NCBI GenBank assembly: GCA_963797095.1
Contig: CAWCNY010000002.1
Span: forward strand, 1,248,001 to 1,312,000
Origin: an uncultured Chloroflexia bacterium
GTDB taxonomy: Bacteria; Chloroflexota; Chloroflexia; QHBQ01; JADMIH01
Direction: 5' to 3'
DNA length: 64,000 nt
Made by a program: the position numbers and the translations under genes. Below are positions 1 through 11,600 of this stretch, piece by piece (the first letter of the stretch is position 1; the number at the start of each line of letters is the position of its first letter). The notes under the pieces were generated by a model. It had not been told where the DNA came from and ran no database searches. It was given only the letters and a program-made list of their open reading frames with translations.

Positions 1-610
1 TGACACTCCCGTGGCCCCTCCACCCAACGAGACCGCTCCCGTGCCTGCCTCTACCGAAACCCCCACCGTCACTCCCACAACCGGCTCTCCCACCGCAACC
101 GGCAGCCCCACCGCTACCGCCACATCCGGCGCAGGGACCGACTGCACCGACCTTATGGTGAACGGCGGCTTCGAGGATATTGAACGGAACTGGGTCGCCA
201 GCACCAACAGCGATGTAGACCTCATAACCGACGAACTGCCCCACACAGGCACCTACTCCGCCATTATGGGCTTCTTCGACAACTCCGACGATAAGCTCTA
301 TCAGGTCGTTACTCTCCCCTCCGATCTCAAATCCGCCGACCTGAGCTACTGGCGTATCATAGGCAGCGATGACGACAGTGGAGTAGATCACGATTTCCTC
401 TATGTCGATGTGCTGACCGAATCCGGCAGCCTTCTGGGCACGGTCGAAACCCTCAGCAACCGCGACGCCGATAACACCTGGCAGCAATCCACCAAAAGCG
501 TCCTTTCCTTCGGAGGTCAGAACGTCCGCATCCAATTCCGCGTAGCGACCGACGCCTCCATAAATACGGCCTTCGGCATCGACGACGTGAGCCTCAAGGC
601 CTGTCACTAA
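1..610 (+). CDS. Secreted/surface protein, C-terminal part (Pro/Thr linker + CBM/MAM-like beta-sandwich); probably 5'-truncated by window
   Basis: PT-rich linker followed by 'NGGFE...W' and a terminal 'IDDVSL' motif typical of jelly-roll domains. Confidence 0.6.
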   Translation, partial: DTPVAPPPNETAPVPASTETPTVTPTTGSPTATGSPTATATSGAGTDCTDLMVNGGFEDIERNWVASTNSDVDLITDELPHTGTYSAIMGFFDNSDDKLYQVVTLPSDLKSADLSYWRIIGSDDDSGVDHDFLYVDVLTESGSLLGTVETLSNRDADNTWQQSTKSVLSFGGQNVRIQFRVATDASINTAFGIDDVSLKACH

Positions 611-718
611 TCGGTAGTCGGTAGTCGGAAGAGGCCGAGCGGTACACGAACCCAAAACCCAGGAACTACTCGCTACTCGCTACTCGCTACTCCGACTACC
701 GACTACCGACTACCAACC

Positions 719-2563
719 GTGTCCACCCTGACAGCCACCCAACCCACCCCCTACCGAATAACCGCCGGTATCGGCGCGGGTGCCGGTGCAGCCTTCGTCA
801 TGCTGCTGGTGATGGCCCTCCTCCGTCTCATCTTCGGCTTCCTCACCATCCCTGAGCTACTCCTCAACCCCATCCTTCGCATCATGGGAGGCCAGGCTTT
901 CTCCGACCTCCTCGACCGCCTCTACTACGCCGGTCGCCCCCTCCTCTTCGCCACCATCCTGGAAGGCACCCTCCTCCTGGGCGCGCTCCTCGGCCTTCTC
1001 TACACCGCCCTCTCCCGCTCCAACTCCGTCACAGGCGAGCGCGCCGCCCTCCTATCCAGCCCTCTTGGCGGTCTCCTCTACGGCCTCCTCATAGGCATCC
1101 TCCTCAACCTCCTGTTCCTCCCCCTGGTAGGCCAGCCCCCATTCGCCTCCTCTCCCTACGGCCTCTTCTCCAACTCCCCCATCCCTCTCTGGCTCGGCAT
1201 GTTCCTCCTTGCCACCACCTTCGGCACCGTCCTCCACCTCCTCCTCCCGCGCAATACCTCTTTCTTCGCCACCTCCGACGATGATGACGACCTCGCCCTC
1301 GACGAAGGCCGCCGCGATTTCCTCCGCGTGCTGGGCGGCACCTTCGCGGCCCTCGCGGGCGGCGCGCTCTTCGCCGCCGGGGGCACCATCCTGGTCCAGG
1401 GTGGCCTCCAAAGCCCCGTCAACAACAACCTCGACAGCGCCGGAGTATCTTCCCCACCTGAACTTCCCACCGTCCAACCTGAAGCTACCGCCACCAAACC
1501 ACCACCCGCCCCCACGCGCACCTCCACCCCCCTCCCCACCTCCACCCCCCTCCCCACCTCAACTCCTCGCCCCCACCCCACCGACGCCCCGCCTCCAACC
1601 TCCACCCCTATCCCACCAACCGACACCCCCTTCCCGCCCACTGACACCCCTCTCCCCACGGCCACTCCCACCCCCGCGATCAACGTATCGGAGCTTACCC
1701 CTACCGCCAGCTTCTACCACGTCAGCAAGAACTTCTTCGACCCCCAGCCCGACACTAACACCTGGCGGCTTGAGATCAAGGGCCTCGTCAACAACCCCTA
1801 CACCCTCACCTATAACGACCTGATCGCCCTCCCCTCCGTAGAGGTAGTCGTAGGCATGATGTGCATCAGCAACCCCGTTGGCGGCTCTCTCATCGGCAAC
1901 ACCCGCTGGCGTGGCGTGCCCCTGGCCGACCTCATCGCCAAAGCCAAACCCAGGCGCACCGTCGTGGATGTGGCAATGACCGCCGCCGACGGATACACCA
2001 ACTCCATCACCTACGAGAAGGCCACTGACCCCGATGTTATCCTCGTCTGGGAAATGGACGGCGCTCCCCTCCCCTACGACCACGGCTACCCCGCCCGCCT
2101 GCTGGTGCCCGGCATCTACGGCATGAAGCACGTCAAGTGGCTCACCACCATCGAACTTGTCGACTACGACTTCCGGGGCTTCTGGCAGCAGCCCGACCAG
2201 GGTTGGAGCGAGCCTGCCCCCGTCAAGACCATGAGCAAGATCGTCTACCCCACCGCCGACAAATCCCTCCCCCTTGCCACCAACCCCATCTCCGGCGTCG
2301 CCTTCGCGGGCGACCGCTCCATCTCTCGCGTCGAAGTCAGCACCGACAACGGCACCACCTGGGCCGACGCCTATCTCAAGCCCAACCTGAGCGATACCTC
2401 CTGGGTTCTCTGGGCCTACGACTGGACCCCTCCCGCCCCCGGCAAATACACAGTCCGCGTTCGCGCCACCGACGGCCAGGGCAACACCCAGACCTCCAAG
2501 CGCACCGACCCCTACCCCAACGGGGCCACCGGCTACCACACCATCACCTACACCATCAAATAG
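719..2563 (+). CDS. Membrane-anchored molybdopterin-dependent oxidoreductase (sulfite oxidase/MsrP family)
   Basis: N-terminal TM helices, RRDFL twin-arginine motif, PT linker, CISN, HGYPARLLVPGIYGMKHVKW, C-terminal Mo-co dimer domain. Confidence 0.88.
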   Translation: MSTLTATQPTPYRITAGIGAGAGAAFVMLLVMALLRLIFGFLTIPELLLNPILRIMGGQAFSDLLDRLYYAGRPLLFATILEGTLLLGALLGLLYTALSRSNSVTGERAALLSSPLGGLLYGLLIGILLNLLFLPLVGQPPFASSPYGLFSNSPIPLWLGMFLLATTFGTVLHLLLPRNTSFFATSDDDDDLALDEGRRDFLRVLGGTFAALAGGALFAAGGTILVQGGLQSPVNNNLDSAGVSSPPELPTVQPEATATKPPPAPTRTSTPLPTSTPLPTSTPRPHPTDAPPPTSTPIPPTDTPFPPTDTPLPTATPTPAINVSELTPTASFYHVSKNFFDPQPDTNTWRLEIKGLVNNPYTLTYNDLIALPSVEVVVGMMCISNPVGGSLIGNTRWRGVPLADLIAKAKPRRTVVDVAMTAADGYTNSITYEKATDPDVILVWEMDGAPLPYDHGYPARLLVPGIYGMKHVKWLTTIELVDYDFRGFWQQPDQGWSEPAPVKTMSKIVYPTADKSLPLATNPISGVAFAGDRSISRVEVSTDNGTTWADAYLKPNLSDTSWVLWAYDWTPPAPGKYTVRVRATDGQGNTQTSKRTDPYPNGATGYHTITYTIK

Positions 2564-2640
2564 CCCCTGCCGGCCATCCCCCTCGCCCGCCACCCCTTGA
2601 ATCCCCATGTTCACCACACCAACCCCAAGGAGACACCACA

Positions 2641-3507
2641 ATGAAAATAGGCGTAGGTCTACCCATCACAGTCCCAGGCACCCCCGGCACCCTCCTCGTA
2701 GAGTGGGCCAAACGCGCCGAGGACCTCGGCTTCTCGACCCTCACCACCATCGACCGCATAGCCTACCCGAGCTACGAATCCCTTATCGCCCTGGCCGCTG
2801 CCGCGGGTGCCACCCGCACAATCCGCCTCATGACCAACATCCTCCTCGCACCCACCCGCAATCCCGTCCTCTTAGCCAAAGAAGCCGCCAGCCTCGACCA
2901 ACTCTCCGGCGGCAGGTTCACCCTCGGTATCGGCGTGGGTGGTCGCCCCGACGACTTCGACCTCACCGAGCAAAACATCCACACAAGGGGCAAGCGCCTC
3001 GACGCCGCCCTCGACCTCATGCTCAAAGTATGGCGCGGCGACCTCATCCCCGGCAGCGCCAAACCCGTGTCTCCCATCGCCACCCATGATGGCCGCATCC
3101 CCATCCTCATAGGCGGCACCTCCCAGCCCGCCCTCGACCGCATGGCCCGCTTCGCCTCCGGCTGGACCGCAGGTGGTGGCCCTCCTGAGCGCAGCATCCC
3201 CTTCCTCGATAAGGTTCGCCAGGCCTGGCAGGCCGCAGGCCGCGAAGGCAATCCCCGCCTCGTCGCCCTCTGCTACTCCGCCCTCGGTCCCAACGCAAAG
3301 GAGCGCGCCACCCGCACCCTCATCGACTACTACGGCGATTGGGGCAACGGCATACTTTCCTTCATGCCCGACGCGCCCCAGGCTCTCCAGGATATAGCAG
3401 GCAGATTCCAGCAAGCAGGCTTCGACGAGCTAAACTTCAGCCCCACCATAGCCGAAATGGATCAACTGGAGGGCCTCGCGCAAGCAGTCCTCAATCTCTC
3501 AAGCTAG
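2641..3507 (+). CDS. LLM-class flavin-dependent oxidoreductase
   Basis: MKIGVGLP start after AAGGAG; LAKEAASLDQLSGGRFTLGIGVG motif. Confidence 0.9.
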   Translation: MKIGVGLPITVPGTPGTLLVEWAKRAEDLGFSTLTTIDRIAYPSYESLIALAAAAGATRTIRLMTNILLAPTRNPVLLAKEAASLDQLSGGRFTLGIGVGGRPDDFDLTEQNIHTRGKRLDAALDLMLKVWRGDLIPGSAKPVSPIATHDGRIPILIGGTSQPALDRMARFASGWTAGGGPPERSIPFLDKVRQAWQAAGREGNPRLVALCYSALGPNAKERATRTLIDYYGDWGNGILSFMPDAPQALQDIAGRFQQAGFDELNFSPTIAEMDQLEGLAQAVLNLSS

Positions 3508-3613
3508 CCCACCCGCGATCCAGCGCCGGTGCAAAGTCAGATAAAAGGCATAGAGATTGCCACCACTCTACGCCTTGCTATCCTTGTTACCATCCTTGTT
3601 ACCATCCTGCTTG

Positions 3614-4565
3614 TCATTCTGAACGAAGTGAAGAATGACACATCCAATCTAGGCACGTCGAGTACCCACTTTGCACCCGCCCCGCCCCGCGATCCCACTC
3701 ACCGCTCACCATTCACCTCACCACTCATCACTCGTGACTCATCACTCGTCACTCATCACTCGTCAAAAACCATACCTTTGGCCACTTGCAAACACAGAAC
3801 AAGTGTGCTAAGATCCAATACAAGAAGTACTTTCAACCTCCCTGCCGCGCAGCATGGAGGACATAAGGACGAGACTGGTGTCCCTATGCAACCTTTGCGT
3901 TTAGCACCTTACCAAAGGAACAAAACAAAAGGAGAGAGCAGCCAAAGTCGCAGGCCGCACCCGTGTTGCATCACGACTGCACCACGACCACAATCTCAAA
4001 AAGCGCTCCGGTCTCCCACCACCGGCCCCTAACGGGACCAACACGGAGCAGTAATCCAGTGTGCATTCGTGTCACACCTCTAAAGGCAAGAGGAACCCTG
4101 CGCCACAAGTACCAGTTGCGCCACAGGGACACCATCCCGTAAGCCGACCATCCACCGCTCTACTAACGATGACCTACAAGCAAACGAACCAACAAGGTCC
4201 TTGTCATCCTGAGCGAAGCGAAGGATCTCGCTCTAAAAGATCACACTTTGGCAACCAACCAACCCACAGAGTGCCCACACCAAGCAAGGTCCCCACAACG
4301 CAAAAGATCAAGATGCGTTTCCAGCAAGACCATCCTTAGCAGAGCACAACCAACAACCAGACAGAAAAGGAGGAGGGTGCATAAGGGCCCAAAACCCCTA
4401 TGCACCCTCTTCCCCATACCCACCAATCGACACTCCCCACTCCGCACTCCCCACTCCGCACTCCCCACTACAAAAACCTTCGTGCCCTTCGTACTCCTTC
4501 GTACTCCTTCGCATCTTCGTGTACAAAAACCCCAAATAAGCCATACGCACTCCGCACTCCGCACT
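3614..4565. repeat. Intergenic mosaic of REP-like and heptamer repeats
   Basis: GTCATTCTGAACGAAGTGAAGAATGACA (3614), GTCATCCTGAGCGAAGCGAAGGATCT (4203), CTTCGT...CTTCGTGTACAA (4478-4525), (CACTCCG)n and (ACTCATC)n. Confidence 0.7.
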
Positions 4566-4645
4566 CCGCACCCCTCCCGTTTGGTATAATACCCACAAGG
4601 CGTACCGCGCACACCGCCGGAAACAAAATAAGGAGGACCCTATCC

Positions 4646-6610
4646 ATGAAGGGTGCCAGGTCATACCGAAACCGATCCTATCTCATAGGAGCATTAGCGC
4701 TTATCACAGGCACGGCCCTCGCCGTCGCCGACCGCGCAGGCCGCATCAGCAAGAACGGGTCGCGCCCACACCGCGCGACAGAAAAACTCCAATATGGCTT
4801 CCCCAAGCCTCCCATCCCCACCTACGAGCGCGTCCTTGTCGCCATCTTCAGCCGCGTCAACCGCCGCGTCGAATGGCACAAGCTCCCCCTCCCCCTCGCC
4901 ATCCTCAACCTCCTCGCCCTCCGTGTCCAACTGCGCGAGCACAACCTCCACGACACCACCCCCATCTCCCGCATGGAAGACATCCCAATCTCCAAAATGG
5001 GCACCCACGTCCTCTACCAGCGCACACCCGACGGCATCTTCAACGATCTCAAATACCCCGAAATGGGCAAAGCGGGCGTCCGCTTCGGTCGCAACGTCCC
5101 CCTCGAATACACCCACCCCGACCCCGAACCCGCTCTCCTCAACCCCAGCCCCCGCCTCGTCAGCCGCACCCTCATGACCCGCACCGAGTTCATCCCCGCC
5201 ACCATCCTCAATATGCTCGCCGCCGCCTGGATCCAGTTCATGACCCACGACTGGTTCAACCACGGCCCCAACAGCCCCGATAACCCCCTCGAAATCCCTC
5301 TTACCGACGACGACCCCTGGACCGACCGCCCCATGCGCATCGAGCGCACCCCCGCCGACCCCACCCGCACCCCCGAAGAAGACCGCGCGGGTGTCCCCCC
5401 CGCCTATATCAACACCCAGTCCCACTGGTGGGATGGCTCAGGCGTCTACGGCTGCGACGACGCCACCTGCGCCGCCCTGCGCACCCACCGCGACGGCAAG
5501 CTCAAGACCGACCGTGGTCGCCTCCCCCTCGACCCCGAAACCGGCCTCTCCATCACCGGCTTCAACGACAACTGGTGGATCGGCCTCGGCCTCATGCACA
5601 CCCTCTTCACCCTTGAGCACAACGCCATCGCCGACCGCCTCAAGCGCGAGTACCCCGGCTGGACCGACGAGCAGCTATACCAGACCGCCCGCCTCATCAA
5701 CGCCGCCCTCATGGCGAAGATCCACACCGTCGAGTGGACCCCCGCCATCCTTCCCAACCCCGTGATGCAAATAGCCATGAACGCCAACTGGTGGGGCCTC
5801 GAAAGCGAGCGCGTCAACAAAGCCTTTGGCCGCCTCTCCGACGACGAAGTGCTCAGCGGCATCCCCGGCTCCCCCACCGAGCACAACGGTGCCCCCTTCA
5901 CCCTCACCGAGGAGTTCGCCTCAGTCTACCGCCTCCACCCCCTCATCCCCGACGACATCACCATCACCTCCCTCAAAACGGGCAAGGTGCTCAAAGAGCT
6001 ACAATTCATCGAAGTCACCAACCGCAACGCCGCCACCGTCATCGACGACAAAGTTGATGTCACCGATGTCCTCTACTCCTTCGGAACCTCCCACCCCGGC
6101 GCGGTCTGCCTCCACAACTACCCCCGCTTCCTGCAAGACCTCAACACCCAGAAAGGCGCGCACGTAGACCTGGCAGCAGTTGACATAATGCGCGACCGCG
6201 AGCGCGGCGTGCCCCGCTACAACCAGTTCCGCCGCCTAATCCACCGCGAGCCTGTTACCTCCTTCGAAGAGCTAACCCCCAACGAGCAGTGGCAGCGCGA
6301 ATTGCGCGAGGTCTACAACAACGACATAGAGGCCGTTGACCTTCAGGTCGGCATGATGGCCGAAACCCCGCCCGAAGGCTTCGGCTTCAGCGACACGGCC
6401 TTCCGCATCTTCATCCTGATGGCCTCGCGCCGCCTCAAGAGCGACCGCTTCTTCACCACCGACTACAACGCCAGGGTCTACACCCAGGCAGGCATGGACT
6501 GGATCAACAAGAACACAATGGTGACAATCCTACTGCGCCACTACCCGGAGCTAGCCGCCACCCTGAGAGGAGTAGAAAACGCCTTCGCCCCCTGGCCCAA
6601 GATCCATTAG
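4646..6610 (+). CDS. Heme peroxidase of the peroxidase-cyclooxygenase family (alpha-dioxygenase-like)
   Basis: AAWIQFMTHDW, HWWDGSGVYG, EEFASVYRLHPL, RDRERGVPRYNQFRR motifs; AGGAGG RBS. Confidence 0.88.
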   Translation: MKGARSYRNRSYLIGALALITGTALAVADRAGRISKNGSRPHRATEKLQYGFPKPPIPTYERVLVAIFSRVNRRVEWHKLPLPLAILNLLALRVQLREHNLHDTTPISRMEDIPISKMGTHVLYQRTPDGIFNDLKYPEMGKAGVRFGRNVPLEYTHPDPEPALLNPSPRLVSRTLMTRTEFIPATILNMLAAAWIQFMTHDWFNHGPNSPDNPLEIPLTDDDPWTDRPMRIERTPADPTRTPEEDRAGVPPAYINTQSHWWDGSGVYGCDDATCAALRTHRDGKLKTDRGRLPLDPETGLSITGFNDNWWIGLGLMHTLFTLEHNAIADRLKREYPGWTDEQLYQTARLINAALMAKIHTVEWTPAILPNPVMQIAMNANWWGLESERVNKAFGRLSDDEVLSGIPGSPTEHNGAPFTLTEEFASVYRLHPLIPDDITITSLKTGKVLKELQFIEVTNRNAATVIDDKVDVTDVLYSFGTSHPGAVCLHNYPRFLQDLNTQKGAHVDLAAVDIMRDRERGVPRYNQFRRLIHREPVTSFEELTPNEQWQRELREVYNNDIEAVDLQVGMMAETPPEGFGFSDTAFRIFILMASRRLKSDRFFTTDYNARVYTQAGMDWINKNTMVTILLRHYPELAATLRGVENAFAPWPKIH

Positions 6611-6793
6611 TTCCAGTTGCTAAGATGGTAAGCGTTCGCCCTTAGGGTGAAGGGGGTGCAGGCGGAACAGCCTGCCGGGCGGGTTTGGGGGTGTCCCCCA
6701 ATCTTTCCCCCACAATTTACTTCTCCCCTCCCACGTATGGGAGGGGCCGGGGTGGGCCTTGATTGTGAGTACTCGGCAACCAGGAACGAGGAA

Positions 6794-7450
6794 CTAGGAA
6801 CTACCCACCAGATACTCCAAAAACCAATCGCGCGCCAATCGCGCAACCTCCTCCATAGTCCCAGGCTCCTCGAACAGGTGCGTAGCACCCGGCACCAGCA
6901 CCAGCTTCTTCACCCCCGGCAATTGCTCAAGTGCCGTCTCGTTCAAAGGGATCACATGAACATCGTTCCCGCCCACGATCAAGAGAGTAGGTGCCTGCAC
7001 CCCTGCCAGCACCTTCCCGGCAAGGTCGGGCCTCCCACCCCTCGACACCACCGCCCCCACATCGTCAGGGCGTTGCGCCGCCGCCATCAGGGCCGCGCCA
7101 CCTCCGGTGCTCGTCCCGAAGTACCCGAGTCGCAGGTCCCGTGTCGCCTCCTGCCCCTGCAACCACTCGGCCGCCCCCACCAATCTCTCCGCCAGGAACT
7201 CGATATCGAAGCGCAGGTGCCCCGTAATCGCATCTATGCGCTCCTCGTCCATCGTAAGGAGGTCCATCAGCAGAGTAGCCAGTCCTGCCTTGTTCAATAC
7301 ATGGGCCACATACCGGTTGCGCCTGCTGTGCCTGCTGCTTCCGCTCCCATGCGCGAAGAGCACCACGCCTGTAGCGCCCTCAGGCACGACCAGATCCCCG
7401 GCCAACGTAACGCCGCCCGCCTCTATAGATACCGATGTGCTGTTGTCCAT
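6794..7450 (-). CDS. Dienelactone hydrolase-family alpha/beta hydrolase
   Basis: FAHGSGSSRHS, GYFGTSTGG, VSRGGRPDLA, GATHLFEE. Confidence 0.88.
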   Translation of the reverse strand: MDNSTSVSIEAGGVTLAGDLVVPEGATGVVLFAHGSGSSRHSRRNRYVAHVLNKAGLATLLMDLLTMDEERIDAITGHLRFDIEFLAERLVGAAEWLQGQEATRDLRLGYFGTSTGGGAALMAAAQRPDDVGAVVSRGGRPDLAGKVLAGVQAPTLLIVGGNDVHVIPLNETALEQLPGVKKLVLVPGATHLFEEPGTMEEVARLARDWFLEYLVGSS

Positions 7451-7489
7451 AAGCCCCTACCTTGCTGCAAGCTGCGTTCAGTTCGTGAA

Positions 7490-8155
7490 CTACGATGTAC
7501 CACTGCCGCTCTTCGAATCATGCAGCAAGTTGCGTACCTGCTCATCGGTTGTGGGGCTAAAATCGTGATACCAGAGGCCAACAGCGAAGAATTGGTCGGG
7601 AGTATAGGGGCAAATCACGTCATCCACGGTGCTTCTCAACAGTGCGCAGGTCTGGGCCGCGGCCACCGGCACCGCCACCACCACCCGTGCAGGCCCCTGC
7701 TTCTTGAGCGCAGCAATCGCCGCCCTCATAGTCGAGCCGGTCGCCAGCCCGTCGTCCACCAGTATGACCGTCTTGCCTGCCACCTCAGGTGGCGCACTGT
7801 CCCCACGGTACAGGCTCTCGCGCCGGGCCATCTCCTGCCACTCCCGCAGAGACACCGCCCTGATCACCTCGTCCGGGATGCCCATCTCGTCTATCACCTC
7901 CCGGTTGAGCGACATCACCCCTCCGGTGGCGATAGCACCCATTGCCAACTCCTCGTGGCCGGGCACTCCCAGTTTCCTCACCAAATAGACGTCGAGTGGC
8001 GCGTGCAAAGCCTTCGCCACCTCGTAAGCTACGGGCACACCGCCCCTCGGCAAGCCGAGCACCAACACATCGTCCCTATCCCGGTAAGCCTCCAACCCCT
8101 CGGCCAGCCTCTGCCCCGCGTCCTTCCTGTCTCTATACTGCGGTTCTGCGGGCAT
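7490..8155 (-). CDS. Phosphoribosyltransferase
   Basis: VLGLPRGGVPV, VILVDDGLATGST PRPP-binding loop. Confidence 0.9.
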   Translation of the reverse strand: MPAEPQYRDRKDAGQRLAEGLEAYRDRDDVLVLGLPRGGVPVAYEVAKALHAPLDVYLVRKLGVPGHEELAMGAIATGGVMSLNREVIDEMGIPDEVIRAVSLREWQEMARRESLYRGDSAPPEVAGKTVILVDDGLATGSTMRAAIAALKKQGPARVVVAVPVAAAQTCALLRSTVDDVICPYTPDQFFAVGLWYHDFSPTTDEQVRNLLHDSKSGSGTS

Positions 8156-8616
8156 ACATCCTTCCTCTCTGCTCTACCTTCCAGCGTTCAAACCACCGCG
8201 CTCCCATTATAGCACCCAGCAAGAACCAAGCCTGACGTGCGATGAGTGACGAGTATAGCAGTACGAAGTACGAAGTACGGGCCATATTCTGTCTTCACCT
8301 TGTTAGTATTAGGGAAGAAGAGGCAAACAAAACCGGCATGCCCAAGTTGGGTAGCCGGTGCCGGATTCCGCCTGTGATGGAGCGCATCACGAACCTGTAG
8401 AGATTCGTGAGCGACTGAGATTCTCTTTACCGGACCATAGTCTCCCATCCTTCAGGGCGACAGAAAAGCCAGGCTGTCGCGCCCTCTAATGTGCGGAACT
8501 GCCGGAATTATTCCATATCGTTTATAATCTTGTACTGTGTAGCGACATACAACTAACGGTGGTAACTGATCCTAGATCCTTCTGGTCCAACTCCCTAAAA
8601 TCTCGGAGGGTATTGC

Positions 8617-11600
8617 ATGGGTGATGCTATAGTTTGGTGGATTGCGCTCCAACTCATAGGTCTGGCGTCCGTGCCTATAGGCGCTGTACTGCTACGCGCC
8701 CTGCCAGATCGGGGCTACTCAGTCAGCAAGCCGCTGGGCCTGTTGCTTGTAGGCTGGCTGGCCTACACGCTTGCCATGGTGCGCGTGCTCCACTTCGACC
8801 GGATCTCTCTCACCCTTTGCTTGCTCATTGTGGCGGGCTTCTCCCTATACCTCCTCCTCCGCAATGGACGCTCACTTTTGTACGACCTGCGCGAGCACTT
8901 CTCCTCGCGCCACACACAAATCTACGTGGTGGTCTGCGAGGTCATATTCCTGATCGCTTACATTGTTTGGGCTTGGATTCGCGCTCACAATCCCGATATC
9001 CTGGATCAGGAGAAGTTCATGGACTTCGGCTTCCTGAACTCGATCTTGAAGAGCGATACGTTTCCGCCTAACGATCCGTGGCTGGCGGGATTCTCCATCA
9101 ACTACTACTATTTCGGCTACATCCTTATAGCAGGCCTCACTGCCCTCAGCGGTGTGCCAACCGAAGTAGCCTTCAACCTGGCAAATGTAACCCTGTTCTC
9201 CCTTACTGCCCTTGGCGCGTTCGGTGTGGTGCATAACCTGATTACAGGTCGCCTCCTGGCCGCTGGACGAACTGCCCGCCGCAGCCATCGTCCGGCCCCC
9301 GCCGAGCGTCCCATGCGTGATAGGCGTTATACCCCCCCGCCCCCTCCCGAACCGGAATATGTTCCCCGTAGGCGTTCTGCTCCTCCACCTCCCTCTGATC
9401 CTGAACCTGTGCCGCGTCGCCGCCGGACGGTGGCCGCCGACCGCCCGTCCTCGCGCAGACCACAGGCCACCGCTTCAGCGCCGGCCTCGCCTCTGCCCAC
9501 TCGTCGTGCCAGACCTCTGCACACCGAAGAAGGGGACAATGCCGACTTCGAAGGAGCAAGCTATACCGAATGGCTTCGTCATAACCAGGATGCACTCGGA
9601 CGGAGCTGAAGAGGGCGTTGACGAGCATCTGCAAGAGCAGATCGAGCTTCAGGACGAAACTGATACCACCTCCGAAGTGCTTCATGAGAAGTCGCGTGGC
9701 AGGCGTCGTAAAGCCAGGGTAGAGGAACCGGTTGCCGAGGCCGAGGAGCCTGCCGAGGAGCCGGAACCCGAGGAACCTGAGGCAGTCGAGGAATCCGCAG
9801 AAGAAGCCGGAGAACCTGCCCAGGATGTTGATGAAGCTGATTCGGGTCAAGATGCCCAACCCGACGATGCCCAGGCCGATGACGAGCAAGAGACCGCCGG
9901 TGCAGAACCGGCATCTGACGAAGCGCCGGTTCGCCCCACCCGAAGGCGGAGGCAGGTCGCCGGTCGTGCTGCCGCCGGGGAGACCAAACCTTTGGAGGCT
10001 GTTCGCCCCGAACCGGTTCCGCCTGCGCCTCGTGCCCCCTTATCCGAAGACCCTCCTTACCTTCCGGTGGGGCCGGGTGGAGCAGAGCCGAGGGTTGTAC
10101 CCGCTTACCTCTCACCATATATCTACGCCATAATCGCCGCCCTCATGGTGGTGGCAATGGGCAACCTTACGGTGGCTTTCGCCACCAAGAGCGGGTCGTC
10201 AAACAACCAGGGGAGTCCATATACTGCCGGCAACGGCTTCACCTTCTGCTTCCTGTGTAATAAGGCCGACAGCTACAACTGGTTCGCGGCATCCCGTGTC
10301 ATATCGGACTTTGTCACCCAGCCCGATGGAAGCAAGCAAACCGTCGGCTTTGAAACTATCAACGAGTTTCCGGCGTTTTCCTTCCTGCTGGCAGATATGC
10401 ACCCGCACTTACTTGCCTTGCCTCTTGTTCTGCTTGCTATATCAGTTGGAATGGCCTTTGGCCGTAGGAGGGTGATTCGGGCCGAAGAGTGGCGCGACGG
10501 CATCCCGCCCGGTCTCGAAGCCTGGCTCTCTATTGGCCTGGCGGGCCTTATCGCAGGCTCTCTCTATACAGCCAATACCTGGGACTTCCCCACCTATACG
10601 CTTGTAATTCTGCTCTGTTTGCTCTTCCCCTATCTGGCAACCGGGCGCAGATTCAACCTGGGGGCGCGCTGGCTGCGACCATTCCTGGTACAGGCTGTCA
10701 TCCTGGGTCTGTTTGCCTTCATTACATTCCTTCCCTTCCACCTCACCTTCAAATCATTGGTGGGCGGCAACCCAGCATCGATCCCGGACAATATCGCCAA
10801 CATCCCTGTTGTGGGCTGGATCGTCAGTAAGTTGGCCGAACTGGTGCTGATCAACACGGCGGATAAGACCATACTGGGCTTTATCGTGATCTTCGGCGTT
10901 TTCCTGCTAAGCATCGTAGTGTGGATACTTTACGAATTCGCCTCTTATATGCGCCGCCGCTACGTTGCGGGGGACGATATCAACCGCAGCCTGGTCACAT
11001 GGGGTATTTTCCTGCTATTCACCTTCCTCATTGCTTTCCTTCTGAAGTTCCCGTTGCTGGCGCTTCTCCTGCCGATCATAGTCATCTCTTTCGGCTTGAT
11101 CTGGCTTGAGCCTCGGCGCACAGAGCGCAACTTCGCCCTTGTGCTGGTAGGAGTGGGTGCCCTGATCGGCCTGACGGTTGAGGTGGTGTTCCTCCGCGAC
11201 AACTTCCAGATGCGCATGAACACTCTCTTCAAGTTCTACTTCCAGATATGGATGCTGTGGGCTTTGCCTGCTGCTTACGCGCTGTGGCGCGTCCTTTACG
11301 CCGCTCTCGGCGACCGGGCAGAGGAAGCTCAGGAGCGTCGTATGGGCTACTATGTCCCGGTCAGCACCGGCAAACTGGCGGGCATGACAGGGTCATCGAT
11401 CCTGGCGGTGGTGTTTATCTTCCTGGTATTGATGGGTTCGCTCTACGTCTATTATGGGGCGGTTGCGCGCCAGGGCGTTGGCAGGGCACCTTTGCGCGGG
11501 TTGGACGGCATGGCCTACTGGCAGAATGTATCGCCCGGAGACTACGAAGCTATGAAGTGGCTTAAGGCTAACGGAAGTGGGAGCGACACTGTGTTGGAAG

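Noticed and set aside
6647-8212. 521-aa plus-strand ORF
   Set aside because: Antisense shadow of the hydrolase and phosphoribosyltransferase genes
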